A stretch of 64,000 nt of DNA, taken from Lepidodermella squamata (lineage: Eukaryota > Animalia > Gastrotricha). The notes under the pieces were generated by a model. It was not told the origin of the DNA. It searched no databases and worked only from the letters and a program-made list of their open reading frames with translations. The DNA is taken from positions 4,712,001 to 4,776,000 of the forward strand of contig JBLDXI010000001.1 of assembly GCA_047495785.1 (NCBI GenBank). The letters run 5' to 3'. This document shows positions 1-11,066 of the stretch, piece after piece. The number at the start of each line of letters is the position of its first letter. The stretch's first letter is position 1. A program made the position numbers and the translations under genes.

Positions 1-685
1 AAATGTTGCTATGAGCACAATTGATTTGCAATACTTACCTTGAAACGACTCATCTCATGGGAAATCACGGTTGAAAGCGATTCAATCCTTCTTTTTCAGA
101 AAAGTCACTAAAATTAATGACTATAACATGCAAACAAATTTAACCGGTTACCAGTATAGGATTTAGCGAAATAAAAAAGATGGGAAACAAATTATTTTAT
201 CCAGCTAGGTATACCTAATACTTTCATTTATTCTCTCTTGGCTACGGACGAATTTGGGCTTTTTAATGGCTGACACTATTTCATTCCGCCATTAGATTAA
301 ATAATTAATAACTTCAGTTTTTACGTCAACATTATGAATTGTGATTCATCGTCCCCGAATACTGAATAATATGGGTCAATTTTCTAGCGATGTTGCTATT
401 GGTAGCAGGAGAATCACTAGAGGCTGTACTCTGAGATGGGGATCCTGTTCAATCACAGTACGGCGCATAGAGCGAAGTAGGAACGCAGAACTCAGAGCGT
501 ATAGATAGCAGTATCGGCATAAGGGCCCCTCCTTTGGTCTTTGAATGGGCTTTGAATGGAAAGACATCACCAATAAACATCCAATAAAATTAACGCTGAA
601 ATCGATTGGATTTGTCATTTCTTCACGTTTTATTCAGGGCATTTCAGTGCATCAAGTTATTACAACTCCGTCCTACATCAAATGT

Positions 686-1260
686 TCAGCGCCTGCGACC
701 GCATTTCGCAGTTTGTTTCTTAGCAGCAAATACATCTTTCGGGGATTCAGGACCGCAATGCTCTGCAATAAAGTAGGGCCGATGTTCCGCTCTTTCACGC
801 AAGCAGTCGTGTCGCTTCAACTAAAAAAAACAAAGAAAATAATGAAGTTTTGAATTCTCAAGAAAGCAAAACGATTAATGGAGTGATTTCTCATTTCTCC
901 CAGCGATATTTTTCATGGTCATTTGGATGGAAAACTCATGTATAGCGTGTAGCTTAGCCCCTCACCCCAGTCCTCTGATACGAATCCATCAAAATAATCC
1001 CTCGAATCCTAAGAACCTCCACGATTCAGCTAGTAGGGGGTAGGGGGTCAACTTACCGCGCAGTCACAAATAGATCGACAAAGGCCCCGTGTTAGATTGT
1101 CGAGAGCTTTCACTGCCATACCAGCCAGTTCATCTCTCTCAGCGTTATCAGCAAAAAGTTGCTTCACGTCAGCGATTCTCAAGCGATCGCGTTCGGTTGG
1201 TCTACAAATCGCACTATCTAACAAAACGCAAGCAAAAATAGCTGCCGCGAGGAAGTTCAT
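686..1260 (-). CDS. Secreted Cys-rich prepropeptide (112 aa; exons 1260-1057, 820-686) ending C-G-RRR
   Basis: Signal-like N-terminus MNFLAAAIFACVLLDSAIC; GTAAGT donor and polyT-AG acceptor join in phase 0; exon 2 reads LKRHDCLRERAEHRPYFIAEHCGPESPKDVFAAKKQTAKCGRRR*; AATAAA downstream on minus strand. Confidence 0.75.
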
Positions 1261-1435
1261 TTTCGCAGAGAATGGCGGAGAAAAAAGAGTGCGTGACTTC
1301 AGCTGACGTCTCTAGGTTGATCTCATTGACATTTTAAATTGGTCAAGGCCCGTTTAATTGAGCACTTTTAATGGGAAATGCGTCATTCTGTTTGATTCTT
1401 AACTTGTTGCAAATCAAATTAATGTGGATGAGATT

Positions 1436-1509
1436 TTCCATCCGACATAACATAACATAACATAACATTTCCTTTATTCTTCAGCACTTTTGAGATTCCA
1501 TCCGACATA
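1436..1509 (-). mobile_element. Tiny 5'-truncated retroposon remnant with (TTATG)n tail between 14-bp direct repeats
   Basis: TTCCATCCGACATA at 1436-1449 and 1496-1509 flanks ~46 bp that on the minus strand carries AATAAA followed by TGTTA repeats. Confidence 0.55.
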
Positions 1510-2207
1510 GTGGCTAATTTCATTTGAAAACTTACTAAACTTGACGCGGCATGAAATTTAGCTCGGAGGCAAGTTTGCTTCAACACTGACTAATAATTAC
1601 GAGATACGAGTGGGCAGTTGGGTAGCGGCTGCTTCCATCGCATGGATGTTATCGAAGCTTGATCCAAATTCCAAATCTATTGATTTCCGTAACCTTTGCT
1701 AGCTAACCGTACTGCTTGACAGGATTTTTATGCTTCATTTGAAAGCAAACTAAGGAGCGGGGGAAAATTACAAATAATTTGAAACCCGGCAAGCTTCAGC
1801 CTTCAGGAAAGTTGGTTTATTCTGTGACCAGTTCCAATGAATTGAATCGGCAACCGCAGCAGGAAACCTGCTGCAATAACGCCTGATGGAAAGAGGCGCC
1901 TCCAATACGTTTTTTCTGCCACACAGACGCAAACGGCCCATTCCCCGGCCTCCGGCCTCACTCCCATGATGTTTTGTCCCTGCTGCATTGTTAAATGCCG
2001 ATAAATTGGCAACTAGGCGTAGAATATGTGATATGGGTACATGATATACCTGAGTTACAATTTGTGTCCTAGCATCCATTTCCCGGATGAGTACCGATTT
2101 CTCATTCAATCTGATGTTTTAGAGAGTGAGGTCACGCAATTTCCCACGGCTTTCGACGTAATCTTGAGATATAAAGTGAACAACAATATCGTTTCCTTTC
2201 AGTTTCA

Positions 2208-4617
2208 ATGAAATTTCTAGCGCTCTTAGTTTCTTTCGCGTTGTGCTGGTACTGCACTCATATCACAGCAAAAAATGCATCCATTCCTAGCGACGATGAG
2301 CCGATGCAGCCGCGAAGATTGGCTCAGCCCTTAGCCGCCAGCTCGCCTTTGTGTCGTAATTTAACTTTCAACGAAGACATAATTGCGAGGGACGTGTTCG
2401 GAAAATATGAGCCATGGATTCGACCATTGCGGCTGAGCAACAAGCCGATCGCTATTGAAATAAGACTTGTTCTGTCTTCCATCAATGACGTAGTAAGGAG
2501 AAAGAAAATCGCACGGCACTATGCAGTGCCGGATTTTCCCCTTTTAGGATATTTTCCAGGGCTCTATGCAATCTCCATCCTCGGGCCCTATTCATTTGGT
2601 TGTTACAATTGAATGACTCATGACTTGATACTCGATATTCCATTTGAGAGCTGGACCGAGTTGGACCACTTTCGCGGGGTGTTTTCTACTGAACTTCACT
2701 GTCGCGTAGGTGGAGATAGAGCCGATTTCACGAATCAATAGGGTCACCATGTCGAGTTTCCAACGAGTCAGAATGGGGGCCCCTGGGGCATAAGTGTCCC
2801 GCCTTTTGATTTGTCTCGAGGGGTCCCGATATCGTGGGGCCCTAAGACAAACCTTGTTTGTCAAATGGAAAATCCGGCAATGTCTAATGAACATTCTAAT
2901 GAACATTTTTTCAAATTATGGTCCGAATGCTCTGTCCATAGGCCGACAAATTTAGCAGTACACAGCTTCAGTATAGATTTCACTTATTTCCCCAAATTAT
3001 TAGAGAATTTTACCACTTATCCGCGATCGTACCTAATGCTTCAATTGAACCTAACCTCTCTTCCAGATTGAAAGGCACAAGTCACTGAAGCTTTCTGGTT
3101 ATCTGCTTTTCGTGAGTTTTACTAGAAACTGTGATGCGATGTTGAAAATTTCAAATTTGTTATCAAGTACTGGTTCGACGAATTTCACACTTGGAACAGA
3201 ACTTTCCCCCATGCTTGCGTGCCAAGCGTCACGTTGCCGCAAACCCAGATATGGATACCTGAGATCGCTATGATCAACTCAGAGCATCATTATGAACTTC
3301 TCCTCATGTACAACGAGGAAAAGGTAATTACAAGTGAATCGTGTCGTGGCAGCTTAAACATTCGTCACATTTTTAGGTTCGTGTTTCTTCTAATGGCTAC
3401 GTTTCATACAGACCTGGCGGAACTTTCACTGCTTTCTGTGATTTTGACCTTCGCTTGTTCCCTTTTGACAAGCAAAACTGTACACTGATCCTGGAGAGCT
3501 GGCGATACACTGTTGAATTCCAGGTAGCAACTTATTTCCGTTGATGTTTAAAAGTGCCAAATCGATTCAAGTTGGAGTCAAAATTAAACCCAAATAGGGG
3601 AATTTTATTATCCATTTCTCATCATCTGGAATTTGAATTTTGTCGTGAAACCTGACGGTAATTGGTATTTTACCAAGTTGAATGGCTATTTTCTTGGGTG
3701 GTGAATTTTGTTGACAAGTTTCTTAGTTGATTGAAGTTCTTCGTTTACTCTTGTAGGTATTCCACTTTGGCGATACCATCCAGCAACGTTGGTGGATCGA
3801 AAACGAGCAGTGGGCCCTGGTAAGCACGGGCCAGCGAGTGAAACGCGTTGAATACGTCATGCCGAACAACACATTCTCCCGCGTCGAATTCGACTTGACA
3901 ATCGAGCGTAAAATTGGCTACTACCTCATCAACGTAATCGTGCCCTCGCTCATCATTTCCCTCGCAGAAGTAGCAGCTTTCACGGCTGAAGTTAACGACA
4001 GCCAAAAGTTGGCGCTATCATTCACCTGCTTGTTAGCTTACGGAGTTTTCCAACTTATGATCATCGAAGACGTCCCGCGAACCTCCGACCGGATCCCGCT
4101 GTTGTGTTTCTACATCGATCTATCGATGCTGTACATATGCCTGGCTATGCTGGGCGAGGGAGTTGTGTTTGTGTTCTATCGGAAAAGTAGGGACCAAAGA
4201 CGCCGCCAGGAAGTCCCGGATTGGGCTTACAACGCTGCGGCTCTCATTGCGCCGTTATTCAAGGTCCGGAAACCTAGAAAGCCAGAGAATGGCGGCGACA
4301 AGCCTTCAGAGCCAGAAAACATGTTGCTCGGCAGTTACTATTCTATTTTCCCGAAGAATCCCGATCCGGAGAGTTCATCCAACCATCTTCATGGTGAACA
4401 ATCTGAGCGCGAGTTATTCGGGAGCGAAGTTGCTGAGATGGAGAGGCGCCAGGCTTTGGAGAATTTCCGAATCCAACGTTGGGAATTTGCAGCCGATGTT
4501 ATGGATAGATGTGTTCTTCTGTTTTACATAACTTTCATTGTAGTTACGCCCATTTGTCTGTTTTATGTTGTGCCGAATTACAGCTACTTGTTCTATGAAG
4601 ATCCTATACGCATCTAG
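2208..4617 (+). CDS. Cys-loop ligand-gated ion channel subunit, nAChR-like non-alpha (exons 2208-2492, 3067-3111, 3168-3323, 3377-3523, 3757-4617)
   Basis: Signal peptide; RP motif; WIPEI loop A; Cys loop CDFDLRLFPFDKQNC; ESWRY loop B; RKIGYYLINVIVPS pre-M1; four TM helices with WEFAADVMDR before M4; all introns GT-AG and in frame. Confidence 0.93.
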
Positions 4618-4727
4618 TTGACTGATACATTCTTTCGAATTTTTCAAATCATGTCGCTTTTGATTTCAAATAAAGCTCGTGTATTTGCTAGTAGCTGTGA
4701 GAGTTCGCATGTTGTTCACGGGTGATG

Positions 4728-5330
4728 ATCTCAGACGGAGTGCGAGTGAGAAATCCGACTTTGATCGTAGATATTTCAAGCTGACAGCAATCCAAATTCT
4801 TGCAGCTTTCGAGAAGACCGCTGCAGTTGTGCTTTGAAGTGGGCAGCTCCAAATTGTCGTCGATATTCAAGATGTTGATATCGGTGAAATGATGGAGAAC
4901 AATGGGACAATCGGCAGCATATGTTCGTGCAACGTGAGCCTTTGGTCGGTCGGCAGAGCAGGAGCAAGGAAACGAGACGTCTCAGAAGGCACGCAGATAT
5001 ACGATGGCATGTTCGAAATGAGCGAAAACTGCCGTCAGACAAAAATATGTCCTTAGATGGACAAAAAGTACGTGGATTTTGACAATACATCAGCAGTAGT
5101 ATGGGTATGCTTGTGATGGATCATAGATGAAACAGCTGATCAAGCTGGAGTCATAGCCACTCGGGTGCGATGAAAATGTCTACACTATACATACTACGAC
5201 CCACCCTACGCGCAATTGTTTGATTTTTAGCGCCAAAGTGATCTCGCGCGGGTGCGAGCGGGAGCGAAAAAAACTTTCGCAAATTTCAGCGAACACGCGT
5301 GAGATATCTATTTTTAAACAACCATTTTTG
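4728..5330. repeat. Left arm of a degenerate ~600-bp inverted repeat
   Basis: Collinear blocks (CGGAGTGCGAGT, ATATCGGTGAAA, GACAATACATCAGCAGTAGTATGGG, GAAACAGCTGATCAAGC, TCGCGCGGGTGCGAGCGGGAGCGAA) are reverse-complemented in 6246-6810. Confidence 0.85.
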
Positions 5331-5440
5331 CTCCGAACTTTAAACTGACTAAGCGGGTATGAAGTCGGCTTCGGAGGCTGACAAGTAGCCCATAGTGTCA
5401 TTTGCGAATTTTCAATTTCTATTCAACTCTAATTATTACC

Positions 5441-5796
5441 ATGGTGTCAAAGGTCTTTCTCGTTTGTTTCATGGCTGCTGCTGTTGGGCTAGCTTCCTCT
5501 GCCAGTAAGATACTTCATCCATATATCCATTAGCGACATTCAATTCATAATGTTTTTGTTAAGGTTTGGATAACTATGCCTTCGTGACGGATAGCTGTCT
5601 GGAACCTACCAATATGGCGGGCGTCCAATACAAGGCGCCGACGGCCGAAACGTGCGCAGCCTCTTGTGACAAGAGGAGCAACTGCAAAGCCTTTGTGCAC
5701 TTCCCGGGAGGCGCGACTTGCTTCTTCGCCTCGTCGTGCGCAACTGGCATGGGCCCGACAACGTCCGGTTACTTCTCGTATTCACGAAAGGCATGA
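5441..5796 (+). CDS. Small secreted single PAN/apple-domain protein (~98 aa; exons 5441-5504, 5564-5796)
   Basis: Signal MVSKVFLVCFMAAAVGLASSA; phase-1 GT-AG intron; PAN-type Cys pattern TAETCAASCDKRSNCKAFVH...C. Confidence 0.8.
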
Positions 5797-6245
5797 ATGT
5801 TTGTCTCAGCTGCTGTATTGATGAGAATGAAGAGTTGAGAGCAATAAAGACGGCAATAAGGAGGCGTGAATCGTCAGATTTGTTCTTTATCCATTTTGGA
5901 ATTTTCACGCTGATTCAAAACGCTTGAATCCTTTGGCGCTGTTTCGGATTAGAAAACTGTTACTTCATTTTACTCTTAGTTGTTATCAAATTGCTTTACC
6001 CATGGGTATTGCCCACACTTGACCCGCGAATGCAGGATTTATGAACTTCTTGAACTACGTCATACGCACCGAAGTTAAGCGCACGATTGTTTAACATGAG
6101 TTGCTATGATGGCCCCCGCATGAGCAGCTGTTTCATTCTTAGGAATGCTCATCCTTAGGCGGCGCTTTGTCAACATACACATACTTCTGGTCTCTAATTT
6201 TCTGCCCGAGTGCATAGTATTGTCTTATAGTAAACCAATTTGACG

Positions 6246-6810
6246 TTGGTAAAAAATATTTTTTCACGTGTTTGCTCAAATTTGCCGTTTGTTCGCTCCC
6301 GCTCGCACCCGCGCGATATAACTTCGGCGTTAAAAGCAAACAATGAAACCTAGTATTTTAGACATCATTATTCATATTTTAGCGCCTCTCTGTCCTTGGC
6401 TGACACCCGAGTGGCTACGGCTCCGGCTTGATCAGCTGTTTCATTCGATCCACCGTAAGCATGCATATCCTAATGCTGAGGTGGGGTGAGCATGCCCATA
6501 CTACTGCTGATGTATTGTCGAAATTCCCGTATACTTTGGCCCATCTAAGGCTAAGGGCATATTTATGTCTAATTATAGTTTGCGCTAATTTTCTCAACCC
6601 AACGTATTTTTTGTCTCAGGTTTTGCCTCGGCCCGGCCGAAGGTTCAAGCTGCAGTTACAACCTTTGCCTGAACAGTGTCCCTATTGCCGCATTGTCCTA
6701 CATCCTTTCACCGATATGAGAATCAAATGGCGGCCTTTTAGAATTCAAAACCTAATCCACGATCACAGTCGGATTCCTCAGCAACTCTGACTCGCACTCC
6801 GTTTGAGAAA
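6246..6810. repeat. Right arm of the degenerate inverted repeat
   Basis: Reverse complement of 4728-5330 with substitutions and indels. Confidence 0.85.
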
Positions 6811-6970
6811 TGGCTGAGTGGAATCAATGAATTCACAACTTTCTGATTGGTCGGGTGGTTTGAAGTCTGTGATTGGTCGGTTAAAAAAGCACGCGGCACG
6901 CACCTTTTAAATTTTCTTATTGCTCTTTCCGAGATTTGATTACAGTGATGTGGATTCCATAGTTCACACA

Positions 6971-7042
6971 GTGGTTGTGGCGTAAAGTACAAAGCGTCTG
7001 ATTGAAGATCAGAAATTCTAGGTCCGGCTCTTGGCAGGCTCT
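6971..7042 (+). pseudogene. Degenerate tRNA pseudogene: Arg(ACG)-like body with TTGAAGA anticodon loop
   Basis: GCGTCTGA...TCAGAA.ATTCTAGGT....CTC.TGGC.GGCTC resembles tRNA-Arg(ACG); B box broken (GTCCGG) and D arm decayed. Confidence 0.65.
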
Positions 7043-7115
7043 TGACAATTTTTTCGGACCATACCAGTAAGGAAATACAAAATTAAGCGAAAACTGACTA
7101 CCGGTCTGTCATCAA

Positions 7116-7184
7116 GCCGAGCTCAGTTGGGAGAGCGTTAGACTGAAGATCTAAAGGTCCCTGGTTCGATCCCGGGTTTCGGCG
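7116..7184 (+). pseudogene. tRNA-Phe(GAA) with 4-nt deletion at the acceptor-stem/U8 region
   Basis: Matches canonical eukaryotic tRNA-Phe but reads GCCGA-GCTC instead of GCCGAAATAGCTC; could also be an assembly error. Confidence 0.8.
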
Positions 7185-7271
7185 AGATTCCATTTTTGGA
7201 ACGATTTGCTTGGCTGTCACTTCAACTGTAGCGAACTCGTCAAAGACAGACCTTCGTTGACTCGCAACTAA

Positions 7272-7343
7272 GGCCCGTTGGTCTAGGGGTATGATTCTCG
7301 CTTCGGGTGCGAGAGGTCTCGGGTTCAATTCCCGAACGGGCCC
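7272..7343 (+). tRNA. tRNA-Pro(CGG)
   Basis: Complete cloverleaf; anticodon arm CTCGC-TTCGGGT-GCGAG; T-run downstream. Confidence 0.95.
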
Positions 7344-7424
7344 AAAGATTTTTGCATTCAGAACGTAGCTTTTATGACGCGGTTTACGTCATATTGACCG
7401 CGCAAACTAAATCGCATGAGCAGC

Positions 7425-7496
7425 TCCCTGATGGTCTAGTGGTTAGGATTCCGCGCTTTCACCGCGGCGGCCCGGGTTCGATTCCCGGTCAGGGAA
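7425..7496 (+). tRNA. tRNA-Glu(TTC)
   Basis: TCCCTGA/TCAGGGA acceptor; CCGCG-CTTTCAC-CGCGG; T5 terminator. Confidence 0.95.
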
Positions 7497-7570
7497 AGTT
7501 TTTGAGCTTTGCAATGTCAATTTTAGGTTTTAGTACGAAAAAGAGAGCTTGCCGCCGAAAAAGTCAAGCA

Positions 7571-7642
7571 AGGCTCAGGGGGGGATCGAACCCTCGATCT
7601 TCTGCTTACTAGGCAGACGCTCTACCACTAAGCTACTGAGCC
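7571..7642 (-). tRNA. tRNA-Thr(AGT)
   Basis: GGCTCAG/CTGAGCC acceptor; TCTGC-CTAGTAA-GCAGA. Confidence 0.93.
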
Positions 7643-7718
7643 GAGGCTGGGTATTTCTGCAGCAGTAGCACTATTCGTAGAGAAGTCTAGCCAGGTTATG
7701 AGATTCTGCGAGAAAAAT

Positions 7719-7791
7719 TGGAGGATACGGGCGTCGATCCCGTTACCTCTCGCATGCTAAGCGAGCGCTCTACCATTTGAGCTAATCCCCC
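7719..7791 (-). tRNA. tRNA-Ala(AGC)
   Basis: GGGGGATTAGCTCAAATGGTAGAGCG...CTCGC-TTAGCAT-GCGAG; G3:U70 pair. Confidence 0.95.
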
Positions 7792-7862
7792 GTGGTATTA
7801 ACTAGACGATTTATTGCTATGATTAAAACTGTGGCTTCGGTAAATTGCTTTGAAAAAGCTTG

Positions 7863-7935
7863 CGCCCTCCGGGGGACTCGAACCCCCGACCCTGTGATTA
7901 AAAGTCACATGCTCTACCGACTGAGCTAGGAAGGC
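7863..7935 (-). tRNA. tRNA-Lys(TTT)
   Basis: TGTGA-CTTTTAA-TCACA arm; intact A and B boxes. Confidence 0.95.
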
Positions 7936-8006
7936 CATTGCAAATGACGGCTATTCTCAGAGCATCATTACATTTAGCCGGCACTTTCACCTGTTGCAAA
8001 AGTAAT

Positions 8007-8079
8007 CGACGCTGATGGGACTCGAACCCACAATCTTCGGATCCGAAGTCCGACGCGATAGCCATTTCGCCACAGCGCC
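8007..8079 (-). tRNA. tRNA-Arg(TCG)
   Basis: TCGGA-CTTCGGA-TCCGA arm; complete cloverleaf. Confidence 0.93.
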
Positions 8080-8232
8080 TATCGATAGATGTGGCAATGC
8101 AATGCGCTCATCCTGTCAACGGCAGCTTCCACATTGAGGAGACGTTTTCTACGCGACAATGAGCGACTTAATTTCTCATATTTTCCCAAGTTGCGGGTGG
8201 ATTACAAAATCCTCCTTGTGAAGCTACATCTC

Positions 8233-8316
8233 GTCAGGATGGCCGAGCGGTCTAAGGCGCCAGACTCAAGATCTGGTCCTCGAAAGAGGGCGTGGGTTCG
8301 AACCCCACTTCTGACA
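8233..8316 (+). tRNA. tRNA-Leu(CAA), intronless
   Basis: GTCAGGATGGCCGAGCGG; CCAGA-CTCAAGA-TCTGG; long variable arm. Confidence 0.95.
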
Positions 8317-8410
8317 CTATTTTTCACATTTTTAGAGCAATTTCCAGTCACTGCTTTCACCACCGATATAGCAGCAAATCTTCGTGATGTTACGCGAAAA
8401 AATTGCCAAC

Positions 8411-8482
8411 TGGAGGCATCGGGGATTGAACCCGAGACCTTCACAATGCGAATGAGACGCTCTACCACTGAGCTATGCCCCC
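8411..8482 (-). tRNA. tRNA-Ala(CGC)
   Basis: GGGGGCA/TGCCTCC acceptor with G3:U70; loop TTCGCAT; one T:T mismatch in the anticodon stem. Confidence 0.85.
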
Positions 8483-8568
8483 TAGGCTAGTGCAAGAAAA
8501 TCTTCACAAACTGGTGACTACAACGATCGCAGCAGTGGAGTGCAAAGTTTGCTTGAAAAAACATGTCA

Positions 8569-8640
8569 AGGTCCCATCGAGAATCGAACTCGAGTCGCTG
8601 GATTCAGAGTCCAGAGTGCTAACCGCTACACCATGGAACC
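8569..8640 (-). tRNA. tRNA-Gln(CTG)
   Basis: GGTTCCATGGTGTAGCGG; CTGGA-CTCTGAA-TCCAG. Confidence 0.95.
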
Positions 8641-8708
8641 TCTCGAAAACTGGTTCTGGAAAGGTCAGCTTTAATTCTGTTACTAGCAGCAATGTTGCTA
8701 AAAACGTG

Positions 8709-8780
8709 TGCGTCAGCCGGGAGTCGAACCCGGATCGGCTGCTTGGAAGGCAACCATGCTGACCGTTACACCACTGACGC
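8709..8780 (-). tRNA. tRNA-Gly(TCC)
   Basis: GCGTCAG/CTGACGC acceptor; GTTGC-CTTCCAA-GCAGC. Confidence 0.95.
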
Positions 8781-8867
8781 CTGACGAATGTGACATGTGA
8801 GGACTGTTCTGGAGGCTAACTGCCGAATAAAGTGTCAGTGTTATGCAAAAACTGTCGTCGCCAGTAG

Positions 8868-10968
8868 ACATAGACCGAGAGAATTATACAATAGCTAGAA
8901 ATGAGAAAAATCAGGCCCTTGAACGCTTGAAAATTATTAAGGATCAAACTGAATTTTCTGAATTGGACAAATTACTGGAAAATCCGACTGATTATGATAA
9001 TATCAAAAAATTCTGGCTGGAAATCAAAAAATTGAGGGGAGAGAATAGAGAGAAAAGCGAACCCAATCCTCTTGAAAAAGAAGACGGCTCACTTACCAGC
9101 GGAATTGACGAAATATTAGAAGTAATGAAAACGTATTTCATTGATCTTTTACAAGGACTTGAAAAGGAACCCAATAACCCCGACGATGAAATTCTATTAG
9201 ATAAAAATCCAAATTTAACGGAAATTACTCTCACCGAAATTAAAAATGCCATCGACCACATGAAAAACGGTAAAGCCCCGGGTATAGATGAAGTAAGACC
9301 CGAAATGATCAAAGCTCTGAGCGAGGCCAATACAGAATGGCTCAGGGAAATTTTGAATCGAGCTTGGATAGATAAGAGGGTCCCAGAAGAATGGTCAACG
9401 GCTATAATTACCCCAATTTATAAAAATAAAGGTGAGAAATCAAAATGCCAAAATTACAGAGGCATCAGCCTCTTAAGTGTTGTAGGAAAACTCTATGCCA
9501 TTATTCTCGAACGAAAATTGAGAGCATTAATTGGGTCAAACATTTCTAAACTGCAATTTGGTTTTCAACCCCTCAAGGGCACCAGAGACTGCATTTACGT
9601 TCTCCGACAAATTATTGAGAAAATTATATTCTTTAAGAAGGAACTCCACCTAGTCTTCATCGATCTCGAAAAAGCCTATGATCTGGTGGACAGGGAAAAA
9701 GTATGGGCCGCCCTCCAAAATATGGGTGTAGAACCCAGCTTAATTGAAGCTATTCAAAGTCTATATAAAGTAAATAAAGTTGCTGTTAGAGTCGATTCTG
9801 AGCTCTCAGATTTCTTCTATGTTACCAGGGGACTAAGACAGGGTTGCCCGTTGTCTCCTTTGCTATTCATAGCGACCTTCAACAAAATTTGCGAAAAAAT
9901 ATCTGCTGAAAAATTAGGCTTTCCTATTAGCGAAACCGCAAACAGCGAGACCGCTATGAGCGAGACTGATTTCCTAAATTTACTAGCGTTTGCTGACGAC
10001 GGAACACTTTTAGGCATGAACCACGACGAAATTTCACGACTACTTAATATTTTCGATTTGGCTTGCACCGAATTGGGTCTGAAAATTAACGCGGCAAAAA
10101 CTCAATATATGATTATTTCTAGAGACGAGCCAGCCACTCAAAATTACGAATTGGAATTGAACGGGAAAAAACTTGAAAAAGTGACCAAATTTAAATATTT
10201 AGGGAGTATTATTACTAGTGACGGCAAAATCGATGAGAAACTTAACTACAGAATTTCTAAGGCAGGCAGTGTTTTCGGCGCCATGAATAAATTCATGTGC
10301 AACAAAAGTCAGGTTTCCATAGCTACAAAACTTAAGGTACTGACATGTGTTATAATACCTACCATCATTTACGCCTGCGAATCGTGGAACATATCGATAG
10401 CCCAAGAAAATAGACTAAACACTATAGAATATCGATGGCTTCGATCTATAGTAGGTGTCCATATGGAATGGACTATATTCCAAATATAGACATTCGACTT
10501 GCGTTATGCGGAGGTCTCATTGAAGTGAGCCGCATTGTTGAAAAACAAAGGCTAAGGTATCTAGGTCACATAATTAGGTCACGTGACTATGACGTAGAAG
10601 GACTAATACACAAAATATATATTTGGACGCCTCCGCTTGGGTGGTTTGCACCCAGAGGTAGACCTCGAACCAGATGGATCAACGGAGTGCATAGAAGCCT
10701 TATTAAAGTAGGTCTTACTAAGGAAATTCGCCGGAAAAAGAAAACCAATAAGAAAAATAAGGTCAAGGTTAAGAAAAATAAAACCACTAAGAACCGAGAA
10801 AATAGAAAAAATCCCGGCGAAAAGGATTTTGAGATCAAAATTATTCCCGATGTCCAACTAGCGGAATCGGTTTCTTTCGAAAAAGATGAATGGCGCACGG
10901 TTGTAAACTCGATTGAAAATTATGAATTCTATACAAAAAGCAGAATCCTCGACTGTGGGGGTGGGTGA
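8868..10968 (+). pseudogene. Reverse transcriptase ORF of the RTE-like element (ORF-track 8843-10489 plus 10435-10968, frameshifted)
   Basis: Two overlapping ORFs join at RWLRSIVGV/MDYIPNIDIR into one RT plus C-terminal domain; the ATG at 8843 lies in host flank. Confidence 0.88.
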
Positions 10969-11066
10969 GGATCGTTCTTCGCCTGCCTTCGCCCTCTTCA
11001 AAACCGGAAACGGTACACGACGCTCAGTCTCGAAGAGGCTAAATAAAACTATTATTACTTACTATT
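8868..11066 (+). mobile_element. 5'-truncated RTE-like non-LTR retrotransposon with 17-bp TSD ACTGTCGTCGCCAGTAG (8851-8867 and 11067-11083)
   Basis: RT motifs KAPGIDEV, NYRGISLLS, QFGF, FIDLEKAYD, GLRQGCPLSPLLF, LAFADD, FKYLGS; RTE-type C-terminus LRYLGHI...RGRPRTRW; no endonuclease (truncated); one frameshift near 10460; AATAAA then (TAT/TAC)n tail. Confidence 0.93.

Noticed and set aside
6738-6992. GNAT-like start (VRVAEESDCDR) in the right inverted-repeat arm
   Set aside because: Frame closes within a few codons and the left arm has an indel here; resemblance too short to support.
8843-8867. ATG at 8843 as the native start of the RT ORF
   Set aside because: It lies in host flank upstream of the TSD; the element is 5'-truncated and frameshifted, so the in-frame start is probably fortuitous.
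10991-11040. Possible hammerhead ribozyme in the retroelement 3' UTR (GAAAC, GAAGAG)
   Set aside because: No CUGANGA core in the required arrangement; simple hairpins explain it.
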